Shown here piece after piece: positions 1 through 12,356 of a DNA stretch of 64,000 nucleotides; within the stretch, counting starts at the first letter, position 1, and every line of letters begins with the position of its first letter. Source of the DNA: Trichosphaerium sp. ATCC 40318 (lineage: Eukaryota; Protista; Tubulinea). The stretch is from the NCBI GenBank assembly GCA_038496445.1, contig JALMLS010000480.1, positions 1-64,000 of the forward strand, given 5' to 3'. Made by a program: the position numbers and the translations under genes. A model generated the notes under the pieces. That model was not told the DNA's origin and ran no database searches. It saw only the letters and a program-made list of their open reading frames with translations.

Positions 1-305
1 CTGAATGCGCAGTAAACGTATTATCAGGACCTAGCTTAGGAAGAAAAATACGTTCATCTCAATGGCAAAATAAGCAATCTTTTGTAAAACCAACAAATTA
101 CTCACTTGTCCGATATAAAAGTGGATTAAAAGGTACCTATTTTGAAATTGTATAACACCTTTTATCGCTCAAATTACGCAACACTAACACTCTTAACATT
201 ACAGGTGACGCTGTGTTACTTTTACACTCGGAGTTAAGTAGCAGATCGATAATAGAGTCTAGTAAAGAGTACAAGGCATTAGTATTAGCGTGGTCCAATG
301 ATTAC

Positions 306-1755
306 ATGAGTCCTGGGTGTTCCATGTATTTTTTTTACGGTAAATGACCTCACATCACGTGCTTGTTCGAACAATTTTGAAGATGTTTCTAATTTTGGTT
401 TCTAGAACAATCGTCACGTGATTTGACAGTACCAATAATAGAAATTAATCCAGATGAAGTTCCAGAGTTATTTTCGAATGATAGTGTTCTTATTACCATA
501 ACACCAGGTACGTAGCAAGTATCATAACTAAAAATCAGCCGTAAAAAGCTAAAAAGATTGTTTTTTTCGAATAGGCGAAAACAAATGCTACGAGTACTTT
601 ACAAGTGGTTGGCATACATTTTTTCAAGTAACACTATCTATATTTTGCTTGGGTGTTGTGGGACTATGTTTGGTGAGGTACATAATCCAGAAATAATGTA
701 ACCTAAAAACAGCACGTTAAAACTTATCGTACATATAGATTGTACCAGCACTATGTTAATAGAGCTTGTGGAATATCTTTGGCTATTATTGCAATAAGCA
801 TAGAACTCTTCGCAAGTGCACGTGCGTATATTCTAGTTCTTTTTTATAAGTATTTACTAACAGAGCTTATAAGTGAAACTTATTAGTATTGTCAACTTTT
901 TGGGATCTCGTCGTTTGTATCACTATCAAGCAGATACCTTTTTTCTTACTCTTAGTACACCTTTTACTACAATCACAAATGTGATGATAACAATGTTTTG
1001 GTAAGGAAATACATAACCTCCGTTTTCAGGTAGTAACAGTTTGCAATTAGGCATGAAGCTCTTGTTTATAAAGGAGTAGTTGTACATAAGTTCTTGCACT
1101 CAAGGCTATTCAGAGCACTCTTTGTAGTATTATTCTCTCTGCTTGTTGTTATGGAACTCATTGCATCTATTGCTCGTATAGCTACTAACCAGTCTCCTCG
1201 TGCTGTAACACTGTTACCTCATGTACTTAATTTTGCTACTAATTTCGCCACATTGATCTACAGCACTTTCATCCTCAAGCACGTGCGTGATTTCTTCAAC
1301 AATCCAAAGCTATCTATGCTTAAGTAATGTATAGGTATATGATAAGGTTTCTGAAGGAACTAAAGACAAGCCGTCATCATCTGAGAAAATGATAAAAAAA
1401 GTACACTAGCAATGATCTAAAATTAGCCAAGCCACCTAATCTGTTTTAGATACGAACACGTATGGTTGCCAACACCATACTACTGTCGTTACTTCTTATC
1501 GTTATTGTAATTTTAGCTATACCTCCACCAAAGAATACAGCTGTTATTGCAACAACGTTGAGTACAGGTACACTATATGCTCTTCAAATGGGATTGTCTT
1601 TCTTACAGGTAAGAATGTACATTGAGTATGTTCTAACTTGTTGTGAAAAGGTGTACTCATTCCAAGCCCCTATAAAACCTAAGAAGGCAACTGAACAGTA
1701 TGTGGCGACAACTAAGAAACAAATGAAAGAATCTATTGACAATACAGATGATTGA
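306..1755 (+). CDS. Multi-exon multipass membrane protein (THH1/TOM1-like, GPCR-like)
   Basis: GT-AG exons join into successive hydrophobic helices (TLSIFCLGVVGLCLVR/LYQHYVNRACGISLAIIAISIELFAS; ORFs 1094-1327, 1462-1755). Start approximate. Confidence 0.6.
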
Positions 1756-2001
1756 ATGTTACTACACAGTAAAATCTGATTTGGTTTTATATCGGAATAG
1801 TTTCTGTACCTACAAGATTATTAAAGCTTGAACTGTAAAACCCCACAGAAAATGTTGAGCGCAACGTGTCAAAGCCCCGTAGCGTATTTGCACGGTGATA
1901 GTTTTGGTCTTCTTGAAGCACCCTCCAACACACCCAACAAGACTAGTTTATGTTCACTGAACGCCTGACTTGAAGTAAGTAATTGTTAACTGCAAACGCC
2001 C

Positions 2002-2641
2002 ATGGAGGTTCCTGTAGAAATTTAGCATTTTATTTTTGCGCTATTGAAGCAATCTGTTGTGGATCAACGTAATTTGGTAAATACATGCAAGTTTATAGCT
2101 CAAGCGATGCCATCTTTACAACCACGTACAGAAATACACGTAATAAAACGAGAGGTAGCGTTAATCATGTTTTCAGCCTCCGTACGTCTGTCAATAAACA
2201 AAACGCACCTAGATGATGTATGTGCACCCTGAAGACCGCGAAAAGATGCTAAATAGCCTAAAAACAAGCCATAGGTTTGGTTTATATACTCTACCTTCCG
2301 TTTCAAGGTTTTTAAAGCGATTGCTTGTAGTACGGCATTCCTCGTTCCTAAACTGATCTAATACTTATCTTAAGAGTACCGGCGATGAACGTACTCTTGT
2401 GTCAATGCTAATTAAGCATCATTACGACACTTGGGACTCAACAAAGTTTAGCGCAAAGGAAGTTTTTGTAGAAAAAACAATAAGAGTTTTAAAGGACTGG
2501 GTTGCTGTTGGTACTGTGTCTATTGATAGTATTGAATCTTTTATTGATTTAGCCAATACTGATAATATATCTTGGAATGCTAGATTGTATATATTGGAAT
2601 GGATTAAGAAAGAGCGCAGGCAAAAATTGCTTGATGAATAA
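2002..2641 (+). pseudogene. F-box gene with in-frame stop and RasGEF_N/REM-like C-terminal segment
   Basis: ATG 2002 reads MEVPVEI*HFIFALLKQ...LVNTCKF (F-box pattern, TAG at 2023-2025). Downstream ORF 2399-2641 has TIRVLKDWV, resembling the REM-domain helix. Confidence 0.45.
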
Positions 2642-3110
2642 ACTTTTTTTCCTTTTTATTTCTTACTATTTTTGATTGCTATGTCCTATGCCTCTAGTTT
2701 CTTAGTTGGTACGAGAACAGTTCCTGTTGTATGCAATCCTGTTTGATGTTAAATTTATTGTTTGTGTTTTTCTGTTATTGTATGTTGTAATTTAGTATGG
2801 TGGGTGATAATCCGAAGAGACGATGCAATCAAATAATAAAAAAGGCTTAAAAGAGAAATACAATTTCGTATTTTAAGTCTTGTAACAATAACTTCAATAG
2901 TCACTGCTACACAGGACAATGAATCATAACTGACGAGATAACAAGTGGTGTTGTATAGGTATTAATAAGTAAGGTTTATATGTATACATAAGTTATGGGT
3001 AGCTATAGCGTTATATCCTGAGTAGTACTAAACAACACTTAAATTATTGGAATTTTCTCTTGCACGACATGTGCAAGGTTCAGGTTTTATTTGTAAGTCA
3101 ACATAAACTG

Positions 3111-4172
3111 TTACTTTTTACGAAGTAAACGGTCAATAAAATCACCTGAAGTTTCGTCAAAAAACGTTACAGAAGGAACACCCTTCAATGCTTTTATGCC
3201 AGCTTCTGTAACTTGTTTACAATTATCCACAACAATAGTATTAACTCCAGTTAATGCTTTGATACCATCATTCGTAACACTCTCACAATGCCATAGTTTA
3301 ATTGTATGAACACCAGACAATGCTCTGATGCCATCGTCTGTAATATGTGCCATGCTTAAGTCAATTGTATGAACGCCTGCTAGTGCCTTGATTCCATCAT
3401 CTGTAACAGAGTCACAATAAAATAGTCTGATTGTATGAACACCAGACAACGCTTTAATACCATCATCTGTAATATGGTTGAAGCTTAAAGAAATTGTATG
3501 AACACCCAATAATGCTTTGATGCCGACATCAGTAACATATTTACAACTGCACAAAGAAATTGTATGAACACCAGCCAATGCCTTAACACCATTGTCTGTA
3601 ACACTACAGCCATAAAGTTTAATAGAATGAACACCAGCTAATGCTTTAATACCATCGTCTGTAACATTTGTACATTTGCTTAAGTCAATCGTGTGAACAC
3701 CAGACAACGCTCTAACGCCCTTATCTGTCACATTTGCGTTCCATAATAAAATCTTGTGTACTCCAGCAAGTTGTACAAGGTGATCATCAGTAACATACTT
3801 ACAATTAAAGAGGTCAATACAGTTAACAATGTTGAGGTTTGTAAAATCAACCTTCAGCAAGTCTTTTCTCTTTAAACTTAGATCGTATACTCCTTGTAGA
3901 TACTTTAGATGCTTTTGCTTGATGGAGAATCGAAGAGTAATACTATTGGTGTGTATGAGGTGTGGTAGTTTTTTGAAGAGCTCTTTCAGCTTTTTTGGTG
4001 TTTTAAGGACGATTTCTCTTGTGTTTACGTATCCCACGTGATTTATTGCGATATTTGATAAAAGTTTGGATGTACGAACAACTGAGTGCATATTTAAGAG
4101 CGAGACATATTGTAGAATATGAACAATGACTTCAACAGGTATCTCTTCAAAGAATGCGCTGTTTTGGTTCAT
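3111..4172 (-). CDS. Intronless F-box/LRR protein (GVHTI repeats)
   Basis: N-terminal FEEIPVEVIVHILQYV F-box, then about 10 repeats GVHTIxLxxC(x)xVTDDGIKALA. Confidence 0.9.
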   Translation of the reverse strand: MNQNSAFFEEIPVEVIVHILQYVSLLNMHSVVRTSKLLSNIAINHVGYVNTREIVLKTPKKLKELFKKLPHLIHTNSITLRFSIKQKHLKYLQGVYDLSLKRKDLLKVDFTNLNIVNCIDLFNCKYVTDDHLVQLAGVHKILLWNANVTDKGVRALSGVHTIDLSKCTNVTDDGIKALAGVHSIKLYGCSVTDNGVKALAGVHTISLCSCKYVTDVGIKALLGVHTISLSFNHITDDGIKALSGVHTIRLFYCDSVTDDGIKALAGVHTIDLSMAHITDDGIRALSGVHTIKLWHCESVTNDGIKALTGVNTIVVDNCKQVTEAGIKALKGVPSVTFFDETSGDFIDRLLRKK

Positions 4173-4378
4173 TTTTCTGTATACTAGTGAGAAGTAGTTT
4201 CTAAGCTAAAGCTGAACGGTTTTAGGTAAACTTAAGCTAGCAATTGTATTTTTGTGTTAAGTCAAACCGCTGTACTTGATTTACAACACAACTATTGTCT
4301 GTCGCAAGCAAGTTTGCGGAGAAAACCAAGCCTGCTACCTAGCTTGTGCCTTAATATCATTGTCGCCTTGTTACAATT

Positions 4379-4720
4379 TGACACTTCTGTCAAATGGTGT
4401 AGAACTATCACAATGTGCACTATTTGCCTGCCATTAATCACAATGCTGGCATAGTACAACGTACGTCCCTTAAGTGATAAACACATTTTGAGCATTCCAC
4501 CAAACACAGACGATGCCTCAAACACTTTGCTTTAAAAATCAACGTACGCGTATATAACTTACAAGCTACGCTAGTACCTACTCCACACTAACAGAAGCGC
4601 TCTCGCAGCATTCAAATAACAAAGCAGTTATATTGACATAAAAACCTCTCACAACAGTACCAACGTTGCTGTGGGTCAATATGTTAGTAAAACTTTTCGG
4701 TAGATTTGTTAAATCATGTG
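4379..4720 (+). repeat. Degenerate partial copy of the interior of the 4987-5751 MITE
   Basis: TGACACTTCTGTCAAATGGTGTAGA..ATCACAATGTG and AAAAATCAACGTACG..TATAACTTAC..GCTACGCTAG..CTAACAGAAGCGCTCT recur at 5064-5450. Confidence 0.75.
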
Positions 4721-4986
4721 TCCACCTGCAAAAAATCATCATAAACCATACTATATTGCTTTACACGCTCAACAAAGCTACGCTCTTAACTACACGGCAT
4801 GCACATAACTAGAAGGTAAAAGAAGCAAATTGACAAAAAAACTTCAAAATCAAAATAGCATCAAGAAAGTTATACTTATTTATAGTTGATTCTAGTGATG
4901 AATAGAATACTGAATCTATTGCCAAGATGTGAAAAGTTGGCAATAGTCGATTCTATTCCGATTCGGTTTTCAGAAGAGCGACTGTA

Positions 4987-5751
4987 TTGTCTGTTTCAGT
5001 CAAGTTTTACTAATATTTTCTAGAAAGTGAGTTTTTAGCACTTTTAGCAGATCTAGCAAGATCTGACACTTCTGTCAAATGGTGTAGATATATCACAATG
5101 TGAACTATTTGTGTTACAATGTTGTCCTTCATTGTATGACATAGGTACCTTACGGTAAGTGATAGCAAAATTTTCAATGTAAGTTTCAACAGACCATGGA
5201 AGATGATCGCAGTATTTCACCTACGCCAACTGTACACGGTACGATCAAACCACAAAGGTGTTCAATGCGCTAAAAGCGAATTAAAAAGGTATGATGTCCT
5301 ACAAAGCTATCGCATTACCAAACACGGTATGAATGCCTCAAAACACTGTTTGCTGTATGTTTTGCTTCAAAAAATCAACGTACGTGTATAACTTACTAGC
5401 GCTACGCTAGCGCCTACCCCACGCTAACAGAAGCGCTCTGGTAGCATCCAAGCAGCAATGAAGGTGTAACAACGTCAAAACCGCCCCAAAACACCGCCAG
5501 CGTTGCTGTAGGCTTTGTAAACGCCGCTAGGCGTCAAATATGTAAATAAAAAAGTTTGCTCTGGGTTTGTTAAATCACGTGGGTTTGAAACGGTTGGATT
5601 CACTGGACAGGCGGGTAGATCACATTTAAAAAAATGACAATTTGCAAGATCTGTCAGAAGTGTCAAATCCGTCAGATCGGACAGATCGGGCAGAAACTGG
5701 ATTTTTTTTGCTAAAAGTCAGTCTGTCTCAAAACTTGAATGAAACAGACAA
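4987..5751. mobile_element. Non-autonomous TIR element (MITE) with TA TSD, Tc1/mariner-like
   Basis: TTGTCTGTTTCAGTCAAGTTTT at the left end and AAAACTTGAATGAAACAGACAA at the right end (22-bp TIR, 1 mismatch), flanked by TA on both sides. Confidence 0.8.
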
Positions 5752-5800
5752 TAATAAGACTACTAGTGTTTTTCATGGCGAGTATAAGCGTTGGTTTGAT
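5752..5800 (+). pseudogene. MORN2-repeat gene fragment
   Basis: TAATAAGACTACTAGTGTTTTTCATGGCGAGTATAAGCGTTGG matches 9766-9808 of the F-box-MORN gene. Confidence 0.65.
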
Positions 5801-6450
5801 ACAGAATACCGGTTATAAGTCCTCGACTATTTTAGGAGCTGCACCAGCGCTTTCCAGTTTCGTAAGTCTTAACATGAGTATGTATGTGTACTGAGAGATT
5901 ATCAAATCGCTACAATGGAAGCAGAACCAAGGGTTTTAAGTTGTGTTTGCCCCTAGCTGGCTTGCCAGTTCGAGACATTAATCATCACATGTATTTCCAA
6001 AAAAAAAACTCAACACGTGATAACAAGTAAACAAACAAAAAAAACCCCTTCATCTGTAACGTGCAGCGTCACCATGTTCAGTATGCATTCTTTCCAAGTA
6101 TTTCCACGAAGATATTTATTGTGAACTTTGACGAAATACACAAATGTATTCTCTGAATGTATTACGTATGTCACTAATAAATTACGCTACTATCCTACAA
6201 CTAAGGCCACGTCTCTCTTACACGTATTTTCATATTTCGTGTGCCCTTTAACGTTTCAACATCACTTGTGGGACTGTAAAAAAAACCTAAAATCCAAAAA
6301 TCATTCCCAAAATATTCGTTTTTTCTTCTTGTAGAAAAACCACGTGGTTCCCTGGTCAATCGCAGTTTTGCCGGCTATAGTTACGCTCCCACTTACTTGA
6401 AATTGTTTCTAGGCATATCGCCTGCTACCTGTAGTACTAAGGTGCACAAA

Positions 6451-7902
6451 ATGAACTCAGACAGCGCATTCTTTGATGAGATCCCCGTTGAAGTCATTAT
6501 TCATATTCTACGGTTTGCTCCCGTGTTATCTATGCGCTCAGTAGTACATACATCTACATTATTATCCAATGTCGCGATACAACACTTGGGGTATTACGAC
6601 AGGACAAGTATACGAATGAATACAAGAAAAAAGCTTAGACGTCTATTCAAGGAAGCCCCATTCCTCATAAAGAAACATACAATTGCCCTTGACTACACTA
6701 TCAAACAAAAAGACTTAAAGTACCTACAAGATGCTTATGCCCTTGAACTGAAGGAAGTTAACCGAAAAGTTGATTTTACAGACTTTAATGTAATTGATGG
6801 CATTGACTTTTCTTACTGTTATAACGTGACCGATGATCATCTTATACAACTTGCTGGAATACGTAAAATTAAATTATACAAAGCATTTGTTACAGATGAA
6901 GGTGTTAAAGCATTAGCCGGTGTTCGTATGATTGACTTGAGAGAATGTGGTGGTTTCAAGCGTATCACAGATGACAGTATTAAGGCTTTAGTTGGCGTTC
7001 AAACACTTAATGTACAAGGAGCAGATGTTACAGATGATGGTATTAAAACATTGTTACTTGCAGGAAGCATTCACTCGATTGATATTAGTCATTGTAGGAA
7101 CATAACAGATGGTTGTATTAAGACGCTAGCACAAGCACGTGTTCATACCATTTCTTTAGGGCATTTGAAGGTTACAGAGGAATCTATCAAAGCACTAGGT
7201 GTAGCTGGAGTTCATACGATTAATCTTTGTAGCACAAATGTTACAGATGATGGTGTTAAATCATTTGCTGGCATTCACAATATTGATTTATCGAACTGCG
7301 ATCTTGTTACAGATGAAGGTGTTAAAGCATTATCTGGTGTTCATACAATTAATTTAAATAATTGCAAGCGTATTACTGATGAAGGTGTGAGTGCATTGGG
7401 AGGTGTGCATGTAATTGATTTATGTGGTTGTTTTCGAATAACAGATGAAGGTGTTAAACCCCTAGCTGGTGTTCATACAATTAGTCTATCATATACAAAA
7501 GTTACAGATACTGGCATCAAGGCTTTGGGTGGTGTTCACACTATTCGTCTCTGGTATTGCAATGTGACAGATGATGGTATTAAAGCACTGGCAGGCGTTC
7601 ATACAATTGACTTGGGTGATTGTACTAAGATAACAGATGATGGGATTAAAGTATTAGCTGGAGTTTACTCAATTAACTTGAAAGGCTGTACCCTTGTAAC
7701 AGACAAAGGGGTTAAAGCTTTAGCTGGTGTTCACGAGATAGACGTGTCCTACTGTAATAATATTACAGATGATGGCATAAAGGCACTGGCGGGTGTATAT
7801 GCAATCAATATAACGAGTTGTATGCTTGTTACAAAAAAAGGCATCAAGGCTTTAGGTGATGCACGAATAGTACGAAATTTGGGCGATTTGTTAAACTACT
7901 AA
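6451..7902 (+). CDS. Intronless F-box/LRR protein (GVHTI repeats)
   Basis: ATG 6451 MNSDSAFFDEIPVEVIIHILRF, close paralog of 3111-4172 and divergently oriented; about 16 LRRs. Confidence 0.9.
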   Translation: MNSDSAFFDEIPVEVIIHILRFAPVLSMRSVVHTSTLLSNVAIQHLGYYDRTSIRMNTRKKLRRLFKEAPFLIKKHTIALDYTIKQKDLKYLQDAYALELKEVNRKVDFTDFNVIDGIDFSYCYNVTDDHLIQLAGIRKIKLYKAFVTDEGVKALAGVRMIDLRECGGFKRITDDSIKALVGVQTLNVQGADVTDDGIKTLLLAGSIHSIDISHCRNITDGCIKTLAQARVHTISLGHLKVTEESIKALGVAGVHTINLCSTNVTDDGVKSFAGIHNIDLSNCDLVTDEGVKALSGVHTINLNNCKRITDEGVSALGGVHVIDLCGCFRITDEGVKPLAGVHTISLSYTKVTDTGIKALGGVHTIRLWYCNVTDDGIKALAGVHTIDLGDCTKITDDGIKVLAGVYSINLKGCTLVTDKGVKALAGVHEIDVSYCNNITDDGIKALAGVYAINITSCMLVTKKGIKALGDARIVRNLGDLLNY

Positions 7903-8096
7903 TGCTAGTATGTTAACAAAAATAAAAGTAGTGTTACATGAATTTAAGTGTTTGTTGCGCACAGTATGTTAATTCACACGAGTACAAAGCATACACCTTG
8001 CTGTGTCTTGAACTAAACCCTTGAATACCATTGGTGTAAAAGAAATTGAACAACTTTGAGGACCACAGTGATTTGTTTCAAATTTAGGGATTGTAT

Positions 8097-8554
8097 TAAT
8101 GCCCTTCCGTATCCGCAAAATGGTTTATTTTGTGTGGTACTGGCAACTGGTCACTCACAAATCCAAATCTTGACGGTTTACTATGGCAGCAAAAAAAGTA
8201 ATATTTGTCGCGTGTTCATAAAACACAATATAAACGGCAGCACTTTATGTGTGTAGTATTGCCAGATTGTCTACCTTAGAGAAGTGCTAATGATGGGTTT
8301 TTAATAACAACCCGCAAGCGCTATCAAAGTTGTATGTGTGGTATTTGTGGGCGTAAGTCAATCCGTCAACTCACAAACTTCTTGACCGTTTACTGGCAGG
8401 CAAATAGTAATGAACAGTAATGTGAATCTTTTTACTCATGAATAATAAGGAAGTGGTCTTGACCGCCTTTTGGCATAGCTGTAAGCTAGACTTCCTTATA
8501 AATACTGGGTGTATTTGAATATTCATAGTATTCATGAGTAATGGAAGGGCATCA
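8097..8554. mobile_element. Degenerate hAT-type MITE related to 33231-33595
   Basis: Ends TAATGCCCTTCCGT / ATGGAAGGGCATCA. Shares TGTATTTGAA(T/A)ATTCA(T/A)AGTATTCAT and GACCGTTTACT motifs with the 33231 element. No intact TSD. Confidence 0.65.
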
Positions 8555-8842
8555 GTGCATTAGTGTGTATTCAGGAGGCGCAAGATATTGTGACTAAAAC
8601 ATGGCAGAAAGTGAGTAGAGCTTTGATAAGAATAACAGATTGTGATATTTGGAAGTATAGTCAAGAACTCACAAGATCGAATTCTTAGTTGTCTGATGGC
8701 TTTGTCTTGAATGTCTTGCGTGTATCAGATGCAATACCGGTTATTGATATTAGTACTACACTAACTACAAGTCACGTGGAGAATCAAACAGGAAACTTGT
8801 TGACCTTTAAGATTTATTGTTTTAAAAAACGTTGTACGCAAT

Positions 8843-9991
8843 ATGAGCGATAGTAATACAAGTGAATCTTCCTTAAACGAACGCAAACAAGACTCAACAT
8901 TGCTTTGTTTACCACTAGAGATCCAACATATGATTTTAAACACAGATTATCACGCTTTTATCAATTGGCCTCTTCTTTGTTTTCCAGCGGCAGAAACGAG
9001 CAGATTTAATGCAAATATGGACAAACACGGAACGTTTAGAAAATTCATGGCCGATGGAGCAAAACGCGTTGAAACCAAGTTCAAAAATGGCACCACAGCT
9101 GGTTGGGAGCGTAAGTGGCACCCAAACGGCCAATTAGCGGTCGAACGGTACAACAGACATGGTAAAAGAAGAAACAAAGGCTATCTCTATCACTACCGTA
9201 AATGGTATCCATCTGGAGCTAAATACAAGGAAGGGTTTTATAAACAGGGCGTAAAACATGGCAGATTCTCGGTTTTTCAAGCAAATGGTTCATTGAGAAC
9301 AACAGGAGTTTACAACAAAGGTAGAAAGAATGGTGAATTTTTGACTTACTCAGTGCGTGATGGACAGATTCTAGAGTCTTGCTTTTACAAACAAGGTCAA
9401 AAACACGGTTTATTGACTGTTTATAGCCAAGAGTTCATTGATAGTTATCAAATGAAGGAAGGAATGATTTGTGGAGAGTGCAAGAAAATTAGAAAAAAAA
9501 CCAATCAACTTGTTGTCCATTGTTTTGCAATGAACACAGGTTGTTGCCATGAAAATGTCCATAGATTTCAACTATACCATGGAGAGTATAAGAAATATGA
9601 TGATTCAGGTAATCTAAGGAAGCATTGTTGGTTTAACAAGGGTGAGCCTGAAGGAGACTATATTTTATACAGATATGGCTTAATGAAAGTCAAGTATTCC
9701 TACAAGTGTTTTGTTGATACACCTGGTTATATACCACGTGCAAAAAATCATCGTAAACAATACTATAATAGGACTACTAGTGTTAGACATGGCGAGTATA
9801 AGCTTTGGTATGAAAATGGTCAACTTCAAGAACACTGCTTTTTTAAAGACAGATTAAAGCATGGAGAGTATAAAGTTTGGTATCGTAATGGGCAGTTACA
9901 AATCCATTGTTTCTATGTTAAAGGTATAGAAAAAGGTGAATATAAAAGTTGGAACCAAGATGGTGTATTAGCTCAACATAGCTTTCTTTGA
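8843..9991 (+). CDS. Intronless F-box-like/MORN2-repeat protein
   Basis: LLCLPLEIQHMILNTD..WPLL..TSRF..DKHG N-terminus, then HGEYKxWYxNGQL-type MORN-variant (YwqK-like) repeats. Confidence 0.85.
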   Translation: MSDSNTSESSLNERKQDSTLLCLPLEIQHMILNTDYHAFINWPLLCFPAAETSRFNANMDKHGTFRKFMADGAKRVETKFKNGTTAGWERKWHPNGQLAVERYNRHGKRRNKGYLYHYRKWYPSGAKYKEGFYKQGVKHGRFSVFQANGSLRTTGVYNKGRKNGEFLTYSVRDGQILESCFYKQGQKHGLLTVYSQEFIDSYQMKEGMICGECKKIRKKTNQLVVHCFAMNTGCCHENVHRFQLYHGEYKKYDDSGNLRKHCWFNKGEPEGDYILYRYGLMKVKYSYKCFVDTPGYIPRAKNHRKQYYNRTTSVRHGEYKLWYENGQLQEHCFFKDRLKHGEYKVWYRNGQLQIHCFYVKGIEKGEYKSWNQDGVLAQHSFL

Positions 9992-10585
9992 ACCTTGGAA
10001 AATGTCAACAAAAAGGTAGACTTGGAAACATCATTTTGTTTAAAATCTTATGGAAAGCAAGACAGTGCACGTTTTATCCCACATGCAGAGCCATTGTAGA
10101 ATCTTGTATCAAATAGTACATAATCTTGCGTTTTTTTTTGTTGTACATGTTGTGCTTAGTTTTCGTCAATGGTAAAAAGTAAGGAGTACCTTAAATCAAC
10201 ACGTGAAATAAAAGTTCAAAAAAAAAACAGTTCAAGTCTGTCAGAAATCTGCTTGTGTAATCTCCTCTGAGTTACATCTCTTAATTGGCGTTATAGTAAC
10301 CATTCCTGGCGGTGAGCGTTATTCTATGCACTGGCTGACACCCTCAACAAAAATAGAATTCAGCAAAAAAAAGTAGAATAAAAACACAACATCTGTTGAC
10401 TATCACGGGATGTAGCTTTACAACACGTGATCAGTGTACGTTAAATTTGATTTTGGTTGAAGACCAATAATTAAGAAACTTGCCAGCACGTGATAGTCAA
10501 CAAAAATGTTGTGTTTTTTCACATTCTGGTCTACTTTTTTTGTGCTAATTTTCTATTTTTGTTGAGGCACCACAAGAGCCACAAA

Positions 10586-11357
10586 ATGATGGCTATACAT
10601 AAAATAGTAGTACTAGGAGAAGGCGGGGTTGGAAAATCGTCAGTTATCTTACAATTAGTAACAAGCAAGTTTGTTCAAGACTGCGACCCCACATTAGAAG
10701 ACTCGTACACGTTTTAAATCATTTTACGCAAAGTATAGCTTATTCGATTGTATTTAGCCAAAAGAAAGCTAAAACCTCTCTCAGGTACCGCCACATGTGT
10801 GTTATTGATGAAAAACCTGTTATGTTGGATATTCTAGACGCAACGGGCAGAGGCGAGTTTTCTGCACTTCGTGATCAAGTACGTAAACAAACTGTATTGA
10901 GAAGTGTCATTCTAAAACATATGTGACCAGTGGATATCTGAAGCCGAAGGATTCTTGATTATTTATTCTATCACAAGCCGTGAGTCATTTGAGCAGGCAC
11001 CACAGTTTTTAAATAAGGTCTTAAGGTAAGAGGAAGCACGTGAACACGACAAAAGTTCCTTTTTTTTTTTTTTTGATTGAAACATAAAAAAGTTATTTTC
11101 AAAGAATTGAACAGTACTCAACGTCTTACTTGTTTTTTTGAAGGTTGAAAGATGCTGAATCAATTCCTGCTGTATTAGTAGGTAATAAAGCTGATTTAAG
11201 CGAAACAGATAGAAAAGTTGGTGAAGACAAAGGACAAGAACTAGCAAAAAAATACGGCATACCTTTTTTTGAGACTTCAGCTAAAACACGTGTCAATGTT
11301 GTAGAAGCGTTTTATGAACTTGTGAGAGAGATACGAACTAGAAATGTATCTAAATAA
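10586..11357 (+). CDS. Ras-family small GTPase, divergent (4 exons)
   Basis: [24 protein letters not shown] and ETSAK motifs across three GT-AG introns; no CAAX before the stop. Confidence 0.9.
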
Positions 11358-11894
11358 AAATAAACGGTCGTGAGAGTGATCACAGCCTGCAATTGTAAGA
11401 GTGATAGCAGTGGTACCAAACGACTTCACCAGCACTAAGCCAAATCACTGCAAAACCTGAGCTAACTCAGGCACAAATATCTTGTATTTGCCGGAATCCA
11501 GACTGTTTACTGATACCAACTAGTACCAATTTTTTCACCAGTGCTACAAGCTAATCAGTGAATCACGAGTCGGCTTATCAATCAATAGTTTTAGTCAAAC
11601 TTATTTAATCAAACAACAATCCACAGTATAGAATGACAACGACGGAATGTCAATGTCCACTGTTGTACCTCTATCGAGTTACAGCTTGACATCGCAGACT
11701 TGAGCTGTAAAGTATACAATGGGACAAAGTATACCCATGAAATCAAGCGGCGATTTCGTAGCACCACTAACTTCTATTTTTTAGTATGAAAACCACGCAT
11801 GACACGCTCGGTTGCCAACAAGTTTAGGAGCCCCAAGAGTACACTACAAGCTTTCATGTGAAACCAGTCCATTTTTTTTTATTTTATATTTCGT

Positions 11895-12356
11895 TCATTT
11901 CAAAGGTACATGCAGATGGCGTCGCGCTGAATCACTTCTTTGCATGATACTTTTAATCTTCCATTTAGAATCCTTACCATCACGTGTCAAATCGAAAAAA
12001 GCTAAAACTTGAAACCCAGTCACAGAAATACCTGAGATATCAACGTCTGTGCCATAAAATGTCACGTTTTCTTTTTTTGTAGAATAATCAGTTTGCCACT
12101 TTGCAGCAACCGTCGTGCTGTCTTTTACCTCGTCCCCTTTACATATAGACTGTATCCTGACCTGATTTGGTGAGTTTGTGTCTACTATACTCTGCCACCC
12201 CAAAAAGGTCTGCACTAGGGACTTTGTATCATGTCTTTGCGATTCGTTGGAGAATTGAAACGATTCGTGAAGAAGAGGTAAAAGATGTTCAGCTTTGAAC
12301 TTATGAAGGTTTCCATGAGTGTTTTGAATATATTGGCGCACAATTTGTTCCGCCAT
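11895..12356 (-). CDS. NTF2/SnoaL-like domain protein
   Basis: First in-frame ATG (MAEQIVRQYIQ) inside ORF 11895-12443; ends GFQVLAFFDLTRDGKDSKWKIKSI, as in NTF2-like folds. Confidence 0.5.
   Translation of the reverse strand: MAEQIVRQYIQNTHGNLHKFKAEHLLPLLHESFQFSNESQRHDTKSLVQTFLGWQSIVDTNSPNQVRIQSICKGDEVKDSTTVAAKWQTDYSTKKENVTFYGTDVDISGISVTGFQVLAFFDLTRDGKDSKWKIKSIMQRSDSARRHLHVPLK

Noticed and set aside
11405-11565. Two degenerate ~45-bp direct repeats (GTACCAA..TTCACCAG..AATCA), CRISPR-like at first sight
   Set aside because: Only two poor copies, eukaryotic context and no cas genes.
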